Shown: one piece after another, positions 1-12,601 of the stretch
Numbering within the stretch: position 1 is the first letter of the stretch
Layout: the number at the start of each line of letters is the position of its first letter
NCBI RefSeq assembly: GCF_001447785.1
Contig: NW_015167069.1
Location: forward strand, 575,374 to 639,373
Source of the DNA: Gekko japonicus
Lineage: Eukaryota
Direction: 5' to 3'
DNA length: 64,000 nt
Notes under the pieces: generated by a model
What the model was told of the DNA's origin: nothing
The model's database searches: none
What the model saw: only the letters and a program-made list of their open reading frames with translations
Position numbers and translations under genes: made by a program

Positions 1-300
1 GAATTATTTTAAGCTTTGCTATAGAAAGCTATTAAGCTTAAGACAAAAAGATGCTTGCTTAAAGAGACCGTTATACACTTAAAACTAACCTGGCAAAGAT
101 CCATAAGCTACTAGTAAGCAGAAAGGTTAAAAGATGAACTCATAGAAATAAATCATGCACACCTGGAAGCCAGTTAAAAAGTACAAAATTTGTATTAGAC
201 AAAGAAAACCCCAATTGACCATAGTAAAACAACTTGTTTTACAAGTTTAGAAGTTTTTAAAACTCTTTTAAAATGAATAAAAATGTTCTAGGGGATCCAA
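1..300 (+). mobile_element. Degenerate L1-like ORF2 fragment
   Basis: AT-rich; frameshifted translation ...LAKIHKLLVSRKVKDELIEI..MHTW resembles the late ORF2 region of reptile L1s. Recognition is weak. Confidence 0.35.
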
Positions 301-478
301 AATAAAAACTGATAGATTCAGTGCATCCATAAAAGTTTTATGTCATAGATTACTTTACAATATTAGAAGAGTGCTTATAGATAGCTAATATTTAAAATAA
401 GTGCTATAATTCTGTAATTCAATCTATCCGTATATTTTTATGGAAATAACCTATAGAATGACTTTTATATGCATGTAT

Positions 479-534
479 NNNNNNNNNNNNNNNNNNNNNN
501 NNNNNNNNNNNNNNNNNNNNNNNNNNNNNNNNNN
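479..534. other. Assembly gap (N run); further gaps at 3279-3440 and 27968-27983
   Basis: N characters in the sequence. Confidence 1.
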
Positions 535-852
535 TTGTCAAATATGTGATTGATGACTGACCAGACAAAGAGATATAAACTGAGCATGTATAAAGGATGT
601 CCATGATGATGTAAAGTGAGGAGCAAGAAGAGCATATAAGCAAGATCCCTGCTGTAATTCACTGAACATTCACTCTGAATTTCTTAGCTGTAAAGTGTTC
701 CTTTATTAGAATATATATATATATATTTTACCCTTTATTGCCTAGAATCGTGTATTTCACTGTGTGGTTTTATTGGCTAGCCACACAAGTCAAAGAACCT
801 TAGCGCCCTCAGGACGTTGCTTTCACAACCATGTATATATTTGATATATAGA

Positions 853-1314
853 GGCCCCGGTCACACGGGAGGTTTTGCCCCGCAAGAGGGATGGATCCGG
901 GGCACATCAAACGGGCTACTTTATATTTTGTTTAAAACTGAATATTTACTAAGATTATGGTATATGGTATAAGGTATTTATAAGAGCAGGAACAAGCTGA
1001 ATTATTTTAAGCTTTGCTACAGAAAGCTATTAAGCTTAAGACAAAAAGATGCTTGCTTAAAGAGAGACCATTATATCCTTAAAACTAACCTGGCAGCATT
1101 TGGGGCTCCCGGCCAAACTGCGCATGCACGCACATGCGCAGCCGGCTGCCTCACTCTCTGTTCCGTGGCTTCCCCCCTACATCTGATTGTGCCAGGGAGC
1201 AACTGTGCAGCATCTTGGGGGAATCTGTCTGATCCCGCTGCCGCACATCTATTTTGATGCGGCTCAGAAAAGCCACACTTTGGCCATGCCTTTCCCCTCC
1301 ATGTGACCGGGGCC
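853..1314. mobile_element. PIF/Harbinger-like MITE, copy 1, with internal filler DNA
   Basis: TIRs GGCCCCGGTCACA(C/T)G at both ends; 3-bp flanks aga/ata; homologous to 11652-12405. Confidence 0.75.
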
Positions 1315-2499
1315 ATAATTGGCAAGTACTATTAAGGTGCTGAAACACCTGTCAGTTTGGCTCACATTTGTTCACCACTCACAAACAAGGACCTGGTTTT
1401 TTGAGGATCAGTTTGATCATTCTTCTGCAGTGAACTTCATAGAATCCCTAAATAACATTCAAATGAGGCTACCTGGATTTGCTGAACTGGAAATATGGCA
1501 AAGAGAATGGTGGGTTTAATTCATTTTTGTGGGTCCCAAGTTGTGCATGTCTGTCTTCAGTCCCCCACCCCCATCTTTTTCATGTTTTCATATGAGAAGG
1601 TGAATTCGTGGTCATCTCTGACTGTTGGTGTGAATGTCTGATTTCACACCAAGTGCTGGAATGGCACAACATCTTTAGAAGCTGTCAGCTCAAATGCAAA
1701 GAGCTGGGGAAATAATGCCCAGAAAGTAGCAGCTATATCAAACTTACTGGCTTAGTTGTATTTTTAAGTGACTAGGTTTAGAAAGGCAGCAAAGATCTAA
1801 AAGAGACAAAAAGAGACAGAGAAAGCAATGTGGAAAAGGGGTGAAGAGAGGCCTCCATCTTTAAAAGATACCAAGAGTTATGCTAAAAGTCAGTGAAGTA
1901 AGGGGTAGTTGTATATCCTAAGGCTGAGAAGGATCTGGGGTTGTATCTTAGGGAAACCATCAGTTCTGAATGTCTGTCCTCTGGTTCAGAAACAGAGTTT
2001 GTTATAAGAAACTCAGAAGTGCAGGAAAAATATTGAATTGCCCTTGGACACAGAGGGGGGAAATTACCCAACACACTCCCAGGATGTAAGAGTTGTGGGT
2101 TAGTGACCTTTTTGTCATGTGTCCTACAATATCCAGTACTGACACACATACAATATTATGGGTGACCTTGAGGATTTCTTTTAAAATGGCTGGTTTGTTG
2201 TTCCTCCCACAGTGCTCCCTGCTCAAGCTGCAACACTGCTGACTGATATGTGCTAAGATGCTGGGTTTCTGCCAGCATGTCACTGGCAAGGCAATCAGCT
2301 TCACAGTGCAGTCCTAAGCGGAGTTATACCCTTCAAAATCCATCGAAGCCTTAGGAAGGTCTAACTCCACTTGGGACCTGTTTAAACCAAAAAAGATCAG
2401 ATCCTGCAGGGCTTTGAAACATCAGTGGTAAAAATGTGAACATGTTTAATACCCCATCCTGGAGTTATCCAAAAAAGGAATGAAATTGAAATGGCCAAT

Positions 2500-2711
2500 T
2501 AGGGTTGCCAACCTCCAGGTGGGAGCTAAAGAGCTCTCAGCACTAAAGGGATCGCCAGATTATTTATGTAAAACATTTATTCCATTTCTCCTGGAGAAAA
2601 TGGCTGCTTTGGAAGGTGGACTGCATGGTATTATACCTTTATGTTCCCTTACCTCCCTGAACCTCACTGTCAAATCTCCAGCTATTCACAAACCTGGAGT
2701 TGGCAACCCTA
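2500..2711. mobile_element. hAT-like MITE (TAGGGTTGCCA TIR family)
   Basis: TAGGGTTGCCAAC...GTTGGCAACCCTA termini; related pieces at 3082-3145, 18550-18700 and 32053-32268. Confidence 0.75.
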
Positions 2712-3145
2712 TAAAATTGCAACAGGCTGGAGAGGAAACCCACTTACTGGAGGCCAGAAGTCACACCTCATGAGGAAAGCCCTGAGGCATGGCTGGAAGC
2801 AAAACGGTGCACCAACAGCTCTGAGGAGCCAGCTCAAGAAAGGCAAGGGAAGCCCCAGGTGGAGGCAATGTGGGCAAGCAACCCTGGAGACAGGCTGAAC
2901 CAGCAGCAAGTGGCAGCAACTGGGAGTAGATGGGGCAGCAGGTCGGCCAGGGCCAGGGTGCTTGTTGAGGCAAGACTTAAAAGAAGCAGCCAGCCACTCG
3001 CTGGAGGTGGTTGATGAAGTACTAGTAAGGGGAACTTGAGAGCGATGAGGCATGAAGGAGGGATGTTGTTAACAGCTTCCCTAGAGCTGCCAATCTCCAG
3101 ACAGATTACAACTGATCTTCAGGCAACAGAGATCAATTCCTCTGG

Positions 3146-3278
3146 AGAAGAAGAAGAGGAGAAGAGATTGGATTTATACCCCGCCCTTCACTTGGAGTCT
3201 CAGATAGGCTTACGAACTCCTTTCCCCTCCCCTCCCCACAACAGACACCCTGTGAGGTGGGTGGGGCTGAGAGAACTC
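3146..3278 (-). mobile_element. Squam3-like tRNA/CORE SINE, 3' half (cut by gap)
   Basis: Reverse complement matches the 3' halves of 6105-6384 and 26763-27045, including the purine/pyrimidine tail. Confidence 0.8.
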
Positions 3279-3440
3279 NNNNNNNNNNNNNNNNNNNNNN
3301 NNNNNNNNNNNNNNNNNNNNNNNNNNNNNNNNNNNNNNNNNNNNNNNNNNNNNNNNNNNNNNNNNNNNNNNNNNNNNNNNNNNNNNNNNNNNNNNNNNNN
3401 NNNNNNNNNNNNNNNNNNNNNNNNNNNNNNNNNNNNNNNN

Positions 3441-3469
3441 GTGTGTGTGTGTGTGTGTGTGTGTGTGTG
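3441..3469. repeat. (GT)n microsatellite
   Basis: Direct inspection. Confidence 0.95.
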
Positions 3470-3562
3470 CATGTGAAAAATGGCAGAAAACATGAGCCAG
3501 TGTCAAGATGGAATGATACTTTTAAGAATATGGCACTTGCAAACCAGTTTCGGCAGCTGTAA

Positions 3563-3775
3563 TCTATAATAATAAAAGGAGGTGTCTGTCTGGAGCACTC
3601 ATAATTCCTCAGAAAATAAAGCTAGGATTTTCCAATTACCTCCCTCCCAATCTTCTCCCCAAAATGAAGGGAATCAGAAGCATGGTGGCCCAGATTATCT
3701 GTAGAAAGCCCTACTGTGCTATTTGCAGTGGAAGCAAAAGTTGTCCTTAGAGCAGTTAGCTAAGGGGCTGGCAAG
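3563..3775 (+). mobile_element. Short non-autonomous Helitron-like element
   Basis: A|TCTATAATAATAAAAGG 5' end; CCTTAG/CTAAGG hairpin at 3745-3765, then CAAG|T (CTAG variant); no TSD. Confidence 0.45.
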
Positions 3776-4737
3776 TGAAGTGAGCAAAGCAGAACTCTAG
3801 TTACAAAACAGTCATACAGTCCAGTAAGAAATAATCAACAGGTTAAAATTATCCCAATATATCTTTCTACATTTTTGGTCTCATCAATCGAATAATAAAA
3901 AGGAATATAAGCACACATGGTCTTAAAAAGCTGCCTGTTGCTTTACTCCTCTCCTGCAGTAAAGATTTTGTTTTACAATGGCCTGTAAAAACAAATGAAC
4001 AATTAGCAATAACATATCCAATTAGGCTCAAGTGGTAACTTGCCTGTATGAATAAACCCTCACCATTAATTCTAGTCAAACATTATGCTTTTCAATAGGA
4101 GTCATATTACCTGCAAGTGTTAAATCAGGTTATAAACAAATATTAAATTATAAAAAGAACTGGAAGTTAATTTGTAAAGCTTTTTTCTGAATTGTTTAAT
4201 TTACAAATAATAATCAGATTATATATAAACAAGTCCTAAATTCCTTCTCAAAGAATAAATTTAGTGAAACTATTCAAAAGTACCTGTTTTATTTAATGAA
4301 GTGTGGCACTACCATAACTTCTACCCATCGCATCCTAAAAACTACTTCTCAAACCTTAACTTCAACCTCACCCTGTTCTTGTCCACCTATAGACCCCCAG
4401 ATGTGAAAATTTCTATATACTGTACAATGCTTTGCACTTGCCTGGTACCAAATACACAGGTACAAAGACCAGAGGGATCCCATAAGACTGCATGTATGAT
4501 TTAGAAGATGGCCCCAAATAAACTTAAGAGTATTTACATTCAAGCTAAAGAGTATTCAAAGATCTATATAGCACGATGTTGTTATGAAACTAAAAAGAAT
4601 GCCTAACATTTGATATAACAATGTTAGTACATTGACCTAGTGCCTAGGATTTGTCAAGTATTGCCTTAATTGTTCTTTCCAAATGCAAAAATCTTATTTC
4701 TCAAATGATAATTTCTCATTTATGCCATAGTTTAGAC

Positions 4738-5561
4738 AAGGGGTGTCAAAGATACGGCCCGCGGGCCGGAACCTGCCCAACCAGGTCTCTAATCCGGCCC
4801 ATGAGTAGACCGCCGCCCCCTGCTGGTAAAGATTTACTGCTGCCTGTTGGGGTTGATCGGCAGCTCCCTGAAACTGGCTTTTTCGGGGACTGAGATCAGC
4901 TGTTTCCCTCTGTTGCTGGCAGCAAAGAAGCTCAGTGTGATCGGCAGCTCCATATGACTAGCTTTTCTGGTGGCTGCGATTAGCTGTTTCCTCTCCTTCT
5001 GTTGTTGCTGTGCAAAGTGTTGTAAAAATTAGTCAAAAGTATTTAAATTACTCAGAGTATCGATGGATCTTGCTCTATTGGAAAGAAGAGATTTCTTTGC
5101 TTTTAAAAACCTTTATTTCTAAGGGTAAAGGTACACAGGAAAACTACAAATAAATAGAACATCTAACAGCTGCATTTTCTAAGCTGCCTATAGTTCAACA
5201 CTAACACACAGATAATGGAGAATGTGTCCTTCTTCTCGACCCCTAGAAAGGAAGTCACCTGAAACAAACAACCAATCTCTTTTCCAAATATAAGCTACTT
5301 TTTCTGGGCTAATTCCCCATTGGCTCAATGCCAGGTATCCCTTCCAGGTCAGTCTAAACAATATCGTTAATTGTTCATTATTAATGTTTTAGGCATGTTT
5401 GTGTTTTAAGTAAAAAAAAATAATGTCTTTAATTGTGTTGGTCTGTGTTTTTTATAAAGTGTATATCTCTGGTACATGGCATTACATTTTATGACACACA
5501 TGACTCGGCCCCACAAAGTCCCATTTATGTCAGCTTGTAACAATTGTGTTCAACACCCCTG
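4738..5561. mobile_element. Non-autonomous hAT-Charlie element
   Basis: (C)AGGGGTGTCAAA...TTCAACACCCCTG TIRs; GGCCCGCGGGCC subterminal motif; degenerate nnnTAnnn flanks; same family as 52797-54248. Confidence 0.75.
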
Positions 5562-5890
5562 ATCTATACAGACCCTATCAATTCATTAAAAATCCATGTT
5601 TTGCTGATGATAACATTTGGATTTACAAATTTAGATAAAGATTCCAACTGGTACTTTCTGCTCACTGTCTTCCTTCTCCATCCAAACTGACCTTATTGCA
5701 TCAATTTTGTTTCATTTTCCTTGATTAAATTCTCAGTAAATTGTGGCATGGCATCCAGTGACCTTATCAGCTAGCCCAAATTTGCATCTGTGTGTATCAT
5801 GTCAGATTTGTTTGATATTTCCTTATTGAGCATTCAGCTTGACTGCTGAGCTCTTGGATTCTGGGTAAATCCTACAAAAAGTTTTCTTTA

Positions 5891-6070
5891 GAACACATGA
5901 AGCTGCCTTATACTGAATCAAATGTTTCAATAATCTAGGTCAGTAGTGTCTACTCAGACAATACTTTCATCACTTTCTACCTGGTCCTTTTACCTGGAGA
6001 TGCTGAAGGTTGAACCTGGGACCTTCTGCATACCAAGCAGATACTCTGTCACTGAGCCATGGCTTCCCCC
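5891..6070 (-). mobile_element. tRNA-derived SINE with CR1-type 3' tail
   Basis: Minus-strand A box (TGGCTCAGTG) and B box (GGTTCAAC); tail ...TATAAGGCAGCTTCATGTGTTC; other copies at 9405-9590, 26556-26750 and 35855-36050. Confidence 0.7.
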
Positions 6071-6104
6071 AACACATGAAACCACTGAGGTCTTGGTCAT
6101 CTCT

Positions 6105-6384
6105 GCCAGTTTGGTGTAGTAGTTAAGAGCATCGACTCTAATCTGGGAGACCCGGGTTTTATTTCCCTCGTCTGCATGCAACCAGCTGAGTGACCTTGGG
6201 TCGGTCACAGTTCTCTCAGAGCTGTTCCCTCAAGAGCAGTTCTCTCAGAGGTCTCTCAGCCTCACCTACCCAGGGAGTTTGTTGTGGGTAGAGGAAGGGA
6301 AGGTGAGCGTAAGTCACTCTGAGACTCCAAGTGAAGGGCGGAGTATAAATCCAATCTCTTTCTCCTCCTCCTCCTCCTCCTCCT
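6105..6384 (+). mobile_element. Squam3-like tRNA/CORE SINE, full length
   Basis: TGGTGTAGTAGTTAAG A box; GTGACCTTGGG CORE motif; L2-like tail with (CTC)n. Confidence 0.8.
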
Positions 6385-6424
6385 TTACTTTATAGTCTGC
6401 CTTAATGAAGGTCAGATAGTCGCC

Positions 6425-6931
6425 TAGTGGCCATTTATAACATGAACACAAATTTCATAGAACTTATCCATACAACTGCTACAGAAACCAATATGCTGGT
6501 TCATGAACTGAACTGGTTCATATTGGTTTGTGAGCCATTTAAAGTCTAAACTCCTGCCTTCTGCTCCCCACAGCTTTTCACAGGGAACAGAAAGCAGGGT
6601 TTAAATGGCTTGGAGCCATTTAAACCAAACAGCTGAGAGGCGGTCTCCACTGCTCAGCTGTTTGAAAACCCATGCTTTCTGACTCCCATGGCTTTTTATT
6701 AGGAGAAGAAAGCAGGGGTTTAGCTGGTTTCGAGCCATTTGAAATGAACAGCTGTTTTTCGTGAAGACCAGAGCCATTTAAACCCCTGTTTTCTGCTCTT
6801 CTGACAAACTGTGTCAAACTTTGTGGAAGTTCATAGCAGTTCTTCAGTTCGCAAACATCACTTCATGAACCATGAACTGGCCAAAATTCCTGAGGAACTT
6901 TAATCCGTCAGCCAGTTCATGCCCATCCCTA
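6425..6931. mobile_element. hAT-like MITE (TAGGGATGGGCATGAAC TIR) with internal palindromic repeats
   Basis: Right TIR GTTCATGCCCATCCCTA; internal GGTTTAAATGGCT..AGCCATTTAAAC palindromes; homologous to 10208-10681. Confidence 0.65.
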
Positions 6932-7015
6932 AATGTATGTTCCCACTTTTTAAATTATTCATTGCTGTGTAAGCTAGGCTGGTGTAAATTTGAAGGAGGA
7001 TTCCTAATGGCTAAA

Positions 7016-7357
7016 GTAAAGGTAAAGGTTCCCTTGCTCAAAAGCCAGTCAAATCAGACTCTAGGCTCATCTCCGTTTCAAAGCTGAAGAGCCAGCACTG
7101 TCTGAAGACATTTCCGTGGTCATGTGGCCAGCATGACTAAACACCAAAGTGCACAGAACGCTGTTACCTTCCCACTGACGTGTTACCTATTTATCTACTT
7201 GCAATTTCTTGCTTTCGAACAGCTAGGTTGGCAGGAGCTGGAACTAGAGACGGGAGCTTACTCCGTCATGTGGCACACTCGGGTCTCAAACTGCTGAACT
7301 ACCAACCTTCCACAGCCTGCAGTTCAACGTCTTAACCACTTGAGCCACCGCAGCTCC
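7016..7357 (-). mobile_element. Sauria SINE, full length
   Basis: tRNA head at the right end; (ACCTTT)n-type tail; 10-bp TSD AATGGCTAAA at 7006-7015 and 7358-7367. Confidence 0.9.
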
Positions 7358-7603
7358 AATGGCTAAAATACACAGATAAAAAACTGGAAATAAAATCTTG
7401 ATGTGACTAAAAATGCATTGAGATTCTTTTCATGCAACGTTTTACTGATGCACACATGTATTTCTCTGCATAGGTAACATTACAAAAAGACTCTTTGATG
7501 CAACTGTACATACAATTACATGAGGATTTCTTCTTGGCAGCTATTTAGCAATGTGCATGTGGGCATCAATAAGACAGATGAGGAAAGACACCCATTTGAA
7601 CTT

Positions 7604-8090
7604 GTGACGACCCCTTATCTGGGGAGGTCTGGTTTCCCTTTAAAAGAGTTCTTTAAGTTTTGTTCTACTGGGTATATCCGGCTGCCACCAGGAAATTTTA
7701 AAAGGATTTCCAAACCTTTATGCTTTTACTCTTTCTATTACTGGGTAGGTAGGTCGAGTTTAAGGCTTTCTAGGAACTAATGTGGTTCTGAGGAAGTATT
7801 CCTTTCAGAGCTGGTATACATAAATAAAAGAAGATTTATTAAAATATCTCATAAATAAAAGTGTAGAACAATGTAACCAGTAATGTGGATAATTTTAACA
7901 ATTGCGTTGTGTCTCACACAAGATCTGCTCCATTTCTGACAGGGGTTTATCAGGTAACTTTGTAACCCTTTAACTCAAGATCATCTATGTTTCTTGTTTC
8001 CCTCCAGTCTGTCACTCAGACTTTCATATAATTTCTGCTCTCTCAAACTTTACTTTACTGTTTCATATACATTCAACTAACCGACAGCTA
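7604..8090 (-). mobile_element. Possible LTR-retroelement LTR fragment
   Basis: TGTGAC start and an internal GCTGCCACCA (TGGTGGCAGC on the minus strand); other end and TSD not found. Confidence 0.3.
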
Positions 8091-8091
8091 A

Positions 8092-8284
8092 CACCTTCCC
8101 AGAGGGGAGTTGGTGTGCCCACCCTCTCTAAGGAGTGGTTCCCATTTTATCTACTCGCTGAGGCTTTCGAATCGCTGGGTGGATGATGAGCTGGGGACAA
8201 CAGACTGGCTACTCACACCAGCGCGGGGCTCGAACTGACACCGTTTGGATGTTAAGACAGTGGGATATACCCACTGTGCCACCA
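8092..8284 (-). mobile_element. Divergent Sauria-like SINE
   Basis: Minus-strand A box TGGCACAGTGG and B box GTTCGAGCC; shares the TATCTACT..GCTTTCGAA motif with 7016-7357. Confidence 0.65.
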
Positions 8285-9590
8285 AAAACCAAATAGTTGA
8301 TTGGATCCCGACTCAATTGGCAATTACCTCTGATTCCCCCCTGCTGCAGAGCACCCCCCCCCAATGTTCCTCAGGATGACCTGTCCCTCAGCAGTAGCAT
8401 TTCATACAGATCAGTGGGCCACCTGTATTAGTATCATCTGAAAAATGGTAAACCACACATTTACAATATAGTATACTAAAACAGGAATGGGGAAACGGAA
8501 CAATGGGGGATTAGCAAAGCATTCATTCTAATTTGGAAATAAGACCAGGTAATTTAGAACTCCAACATTTGGGGAGAAATGTGAATTAACAGAATTTTGG
8601 AAGCATCCCTCATATGATCAGAAGGATGCTACAGAACATAGCTTGCTTTAGCAATCTTTCACAGTGTCAGCTTGGTCTTGTGTGCCACCATCCTAACTAA
8701 GTCCATAACAAAATGGTGAAAAGAAGGAGATATTCTCTTGTTTGGAGCCAGGATTAGCATTCCTTTTACTGAGCACTTTGGATCCTTATTATTAGCAATG
8801 AGGGTTTTATGCTCATAGCTAGACCAGCCAGGTCATAATGGGTTATAAATTGTTGGCGAGTCAAGTGCTCCTTCTGCAGTCTATGGTACATGCTCAGTCC
8901 CATTAAGAATAATGACGCGAATAACCATAAGCTATTAATTTTGATGCTCTCTCTTTCTGTCTCTCAGACATACTTTTTATCACATCACCTTAAGAGCAGC
9001 ATATGCACGTACCACATTATAGACACTGGGAAGTTTCTACCCATCACTCCCTTCATGAATTAATTAAAATAGGAGTGTGTCATTAGAGTTTGCCAAATAG
9101 CCTGATACTCACAACCCTAAAACAAGCCTATTTCGTTAACAAATGGTGGAGGAAAGCATGCAGGAATTACTATATAATTCGGACACATTTAAAAAACTTT
9201 GTTTGGAGCTGCTAGAAGGGTTGTATTTCCATTAGAAGAACAAGGCTCATTACAGTGTAAGCCATTCTAAATGTGAGCACTGAGAACCTACCAAGGAGGT
9301 GCCATTTTGGGTGGTATAATAGAATGATCACAATGTGTCTTCTGTCTCTCTTGAGTAAACTACAAGGTGGTATTTATTAAATCACCTTATCCTGACTCAG
9401 ATGACATATGAAGTTGTCTTATATCAAATCAGATCTCTGGCCAACTCTCTCGTAAGTGAACATTCTAACTGGCAGTGATTCTCCATGGTCTTGGGGACAG
9501 AAAGGTTCCTTTCCCTATCTACTACCCAAGATCCTTTGACTGGAGATGGCAAGGAGTGAACCTTGGATTATCTGTCTATAAAGCAGGCAC

Positions 9591-9950
9591 AGTGAAAGCC
9601 AAGGCTGACTGTGAAGAGCTCCAGGAGGATCTCTCTAAATTGGGTGAGTGGGCAACAATGTAACAAATAAAATTCAGTGGCAATAAGTGTAATGCGATGC
9701 ACCCAAGTACAACCCCCCCCCCAATTTAAGTATATGCTGATGGGGTCTGAACTAGCTGAAACTGAGAGGAAAAGAGACCTTGGGATCATAGTGAATAGCT
9801 CAATGAAAATCTCAACTCACTGTGCAGCAGTGGAGAAAAAGGCAAACTCCACATTGGGGATTATATAGAAAGGGATTGAGGATAAAACTGCCAATATTGT
9901 AATGGCCCTCTATAGATCTATGTGTGTGGCTTCATTTGAAATATTGATGC
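9591..9950 (+). mobile_element. CR1 LINE RT fragment (pseudogenised)
   Basis: Translates to DCEELQEDLSKLGEWA...ERKRDLGIIV...HCAAVEKKANSTLGII, typical of CR1 ORF2. Confidence 0.9.
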
Positions 9951-10207
9951 TATTATATTTCTTTGTTGTTGTTGTTGTTGTTGTTCGGATACATTCTTAG
10001 AGTGCTTCTTTGTTATTGATGTTTTTTCTATATTTTTCCATACTTCAGCTCTTTAACAATGTTTTTGTTTGCTGCCATGAAGATATTAACCAAAATGTGA
10101 GGCGCAAACATATTCATTCATGTAAAATAAAGATTTGGAACAGGTTCTCAAATAAGAATTTCAGGAGAGGGAGTACTTTTGCAAATCACTCCTGTGACTA
10201 AAGGGAG

Positions 10208-10681
10208 TAGGGATGGGCATGAACCACATTTTTGCAGTTTGGTTTGTGGTTCATGGCTGAATCATGAACCAAACCACAAACTGATATGTTGGTTCATAAA
10301 CTGAACTGATTTGTATTGATTCGGCCCTGCTTTTTGCTACCCAACACTTTTTGTGGAGAGCAGAAACCAGGGGTTTAAATGGCTCTGAGCCATTTAACTC
10401 CCTGCTTTCTGCTCCCTGTGAAAAACAGTGGGGAGCAGAAAGGAAGGGATTAAATGATGCTTTTGGCTCTGAGGTGTTTAAACCAAACAGCAGAGTGGTG
10501 GGGAGCAGAAAGCAAGGGTTTAAGCTTTCTGCTCTTCCGGAGCCACCACAGTCAGAAATTGCCTTAAAATTCGTGGAGGTTCGTGGTAGCTGTTTAGTTT
10601 GTGAACATTGCTTCATGAACCACAAAACAGCCAAAACTTGTGATGAACTTTAGTTCTTGTGCTGATTCATGCCGATCCCTA
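10208..10681. mobile_element. hAT-like MITE (TAGGGATGGGCATGAAC TIR)
   Basis: Both TIRs visible; internal palindromic repeats. Confidence 0.75.
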
Positions 10682-11455
10682 AAAAAGATCTGAGGCTAAA
10701 CTGAACATGACACTTGAGTGCCAGGGGTGGAACTCCAGGTGTGCTATTTGATCCTAAAAATCACCCACCTCCATCTAACATACATTGAGAGTCATAATAC
10801 TGGAGAAAAATGGTCCCTACCCAGCTTCTGGAAGTCCTCCTAGGGAAAACAAAGACAGGTAACAATAATGTGCTAGTCTGATTTCACTAGAAAACCTTAA
10901 ATGAGCCTGGAGGGACATTTTTATTTCTCCACTTCATTACCAGTTCCTCTCCACAGGACTGGGCAGTGGAATTTGGAAGGTGGGAGGAAACAAAAAGAAA
11001 TGGACTCCATCAAATCACTCTACAAGTTCAGTGCAGGAAATGTTGTGCACCTCACTGTTTAGAGCTAGTGGTGTAACATAGCAGCTAAGAAAACAAACAG
11101 CTGGGATTATGACAGTTCAGATTCCATCTATTCTCCAAACTCACTAAGTAAGATGCACTGTATCAGCCCTGAGGAGCTGCTGCCAGTCAGAGTAGACAAT
11201 ACTACCCTAGATTAACCAAAGCTCTGACTCAATAGAAGGCAGTTTCATGTAATGACTTTAAACACTGAAATGCTCTCTATTATAAAACTCCTTGGGAAGG
11301 ATTTGCCTTCTCTCTCCAAGGAACTCCAGGTAGCACACATACCTCTCCTTTCTTCATTTTATCCACATAGCAATTCTGTGAGTTCAGGTCCCTTTCAGCT
11401 TCCCTTTCAACCATAGGTTTGTTGGTAAGAAAGAAAAAATCCAGCAAAAGTAAAC

Positions 11456-12601
11456 AAAGATGGGCTTTGTGTAAATGTATGCTAATGATGCATTTAAAAA
11501 AAAAAAACCCAACTTTTAAATGCTTCATTATTCAGCATTGTTGGCATTGCTAAAAATAAAGAGAAGTGAAGTTTGAAATGTATTTCATACCTTTTAACCA
11601 CCAAGGAACTTGGGGCAGCTCAAATGGTCCTCGGGCCCTTTTATCTTCATAGGCCCCGGTCACACGAAAGGTTTTGGGCCGGGAGAGGGACGGATCGGGG
11701 GCGCAGCAAACGGGCGGGATCCCACCGCAACATCTGGGAAGTGTTGTGCATCTGGCCCTGATCCGACCCTTCCGCCTGAAAAGCTGCAGCAAAACTAAAC
11801 CACCTACCGAGGTGGACCTTCCAGCAAGGCCACATCAAGCCCGGCTGTGGGATCGCCAGCACGTCCTTCTGCCGGCGCATCCCAGGGTCCTGGCTGAACT
11901 GCGCATGCTCACACATGCTGTCGCCCAGAAGAGGGGGGCGCGGTGGCAGAGTAGGAAGTCTGCTTGGGGAAGGGGCGGTCAGGGCGAAGGGGGCTGGGCC
12001 ACGCTGCTTTGCCCTCTTCGCACGCCCCACCAGCCGGGTCCCCAGACTGTTGCCCTTCCAGACCTACTGCCCACCCCCTGCCTGCCTCACTGGTGGGGAA
12101 AACGCCGTGCCCGACACAATGCCACACCGCCCAGTCGGCAGCTGGCCCCTCTTCTCCCCGCGCCGCTTGGCCGGCTGTCTCTGGCAGCCCCCTCCTCGCC
12201 TTCCCTCGGCGCGCGGCCCCCGCTTCTTTGCCCCGAGGCCCCGCTTCTTTGCCGTGTGATCCGTGCCTCCCCTTAACCACGGGACCTCCACGGGACCTCC
12301 ACAGGAGCTCCACGGGGGGTCTGATTGCACAACCGTGCTTTAATTTTCCCCGGGGCAAACAGCCACGCTTCCCCCCCGCATTTTCCTGGCCGTGTGACCG
12401 CGGCCAAAGATGGGCTTTGTGTAAATGTATGCTAATGATGCATTTTTTAAAAAAACAACAACTTTTAAATGCTTCATTATTCAGCATTGTTGGCATTGCT
12501 AAAAAAAAAGAGAAGTGAAGTTTGAAATGTATTTCATACCTTTTTAGCCACCAAGGAACTTGGGGCAGCTCAAATGGTCCTCGGCCCCTTTTATGTTCAT
12601 A
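11456..12601 (+). repeat. 196-bp direct repeats (11456-11651, 12406-12601) abutting the MITE ends
   Basis: Direct alignment by eye; about 10 differences. Confidence 0.95.
11652..12405. mobile_element. CpG-rich PIF/Harbinger-like MITE, copy 2
   Basis: TIRs GGCCCCGGTCACACG / CGTGTGACCGCGGCC; a sibling at 34888-35419 has a 3-bp TSD. Confidence 0.8.
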
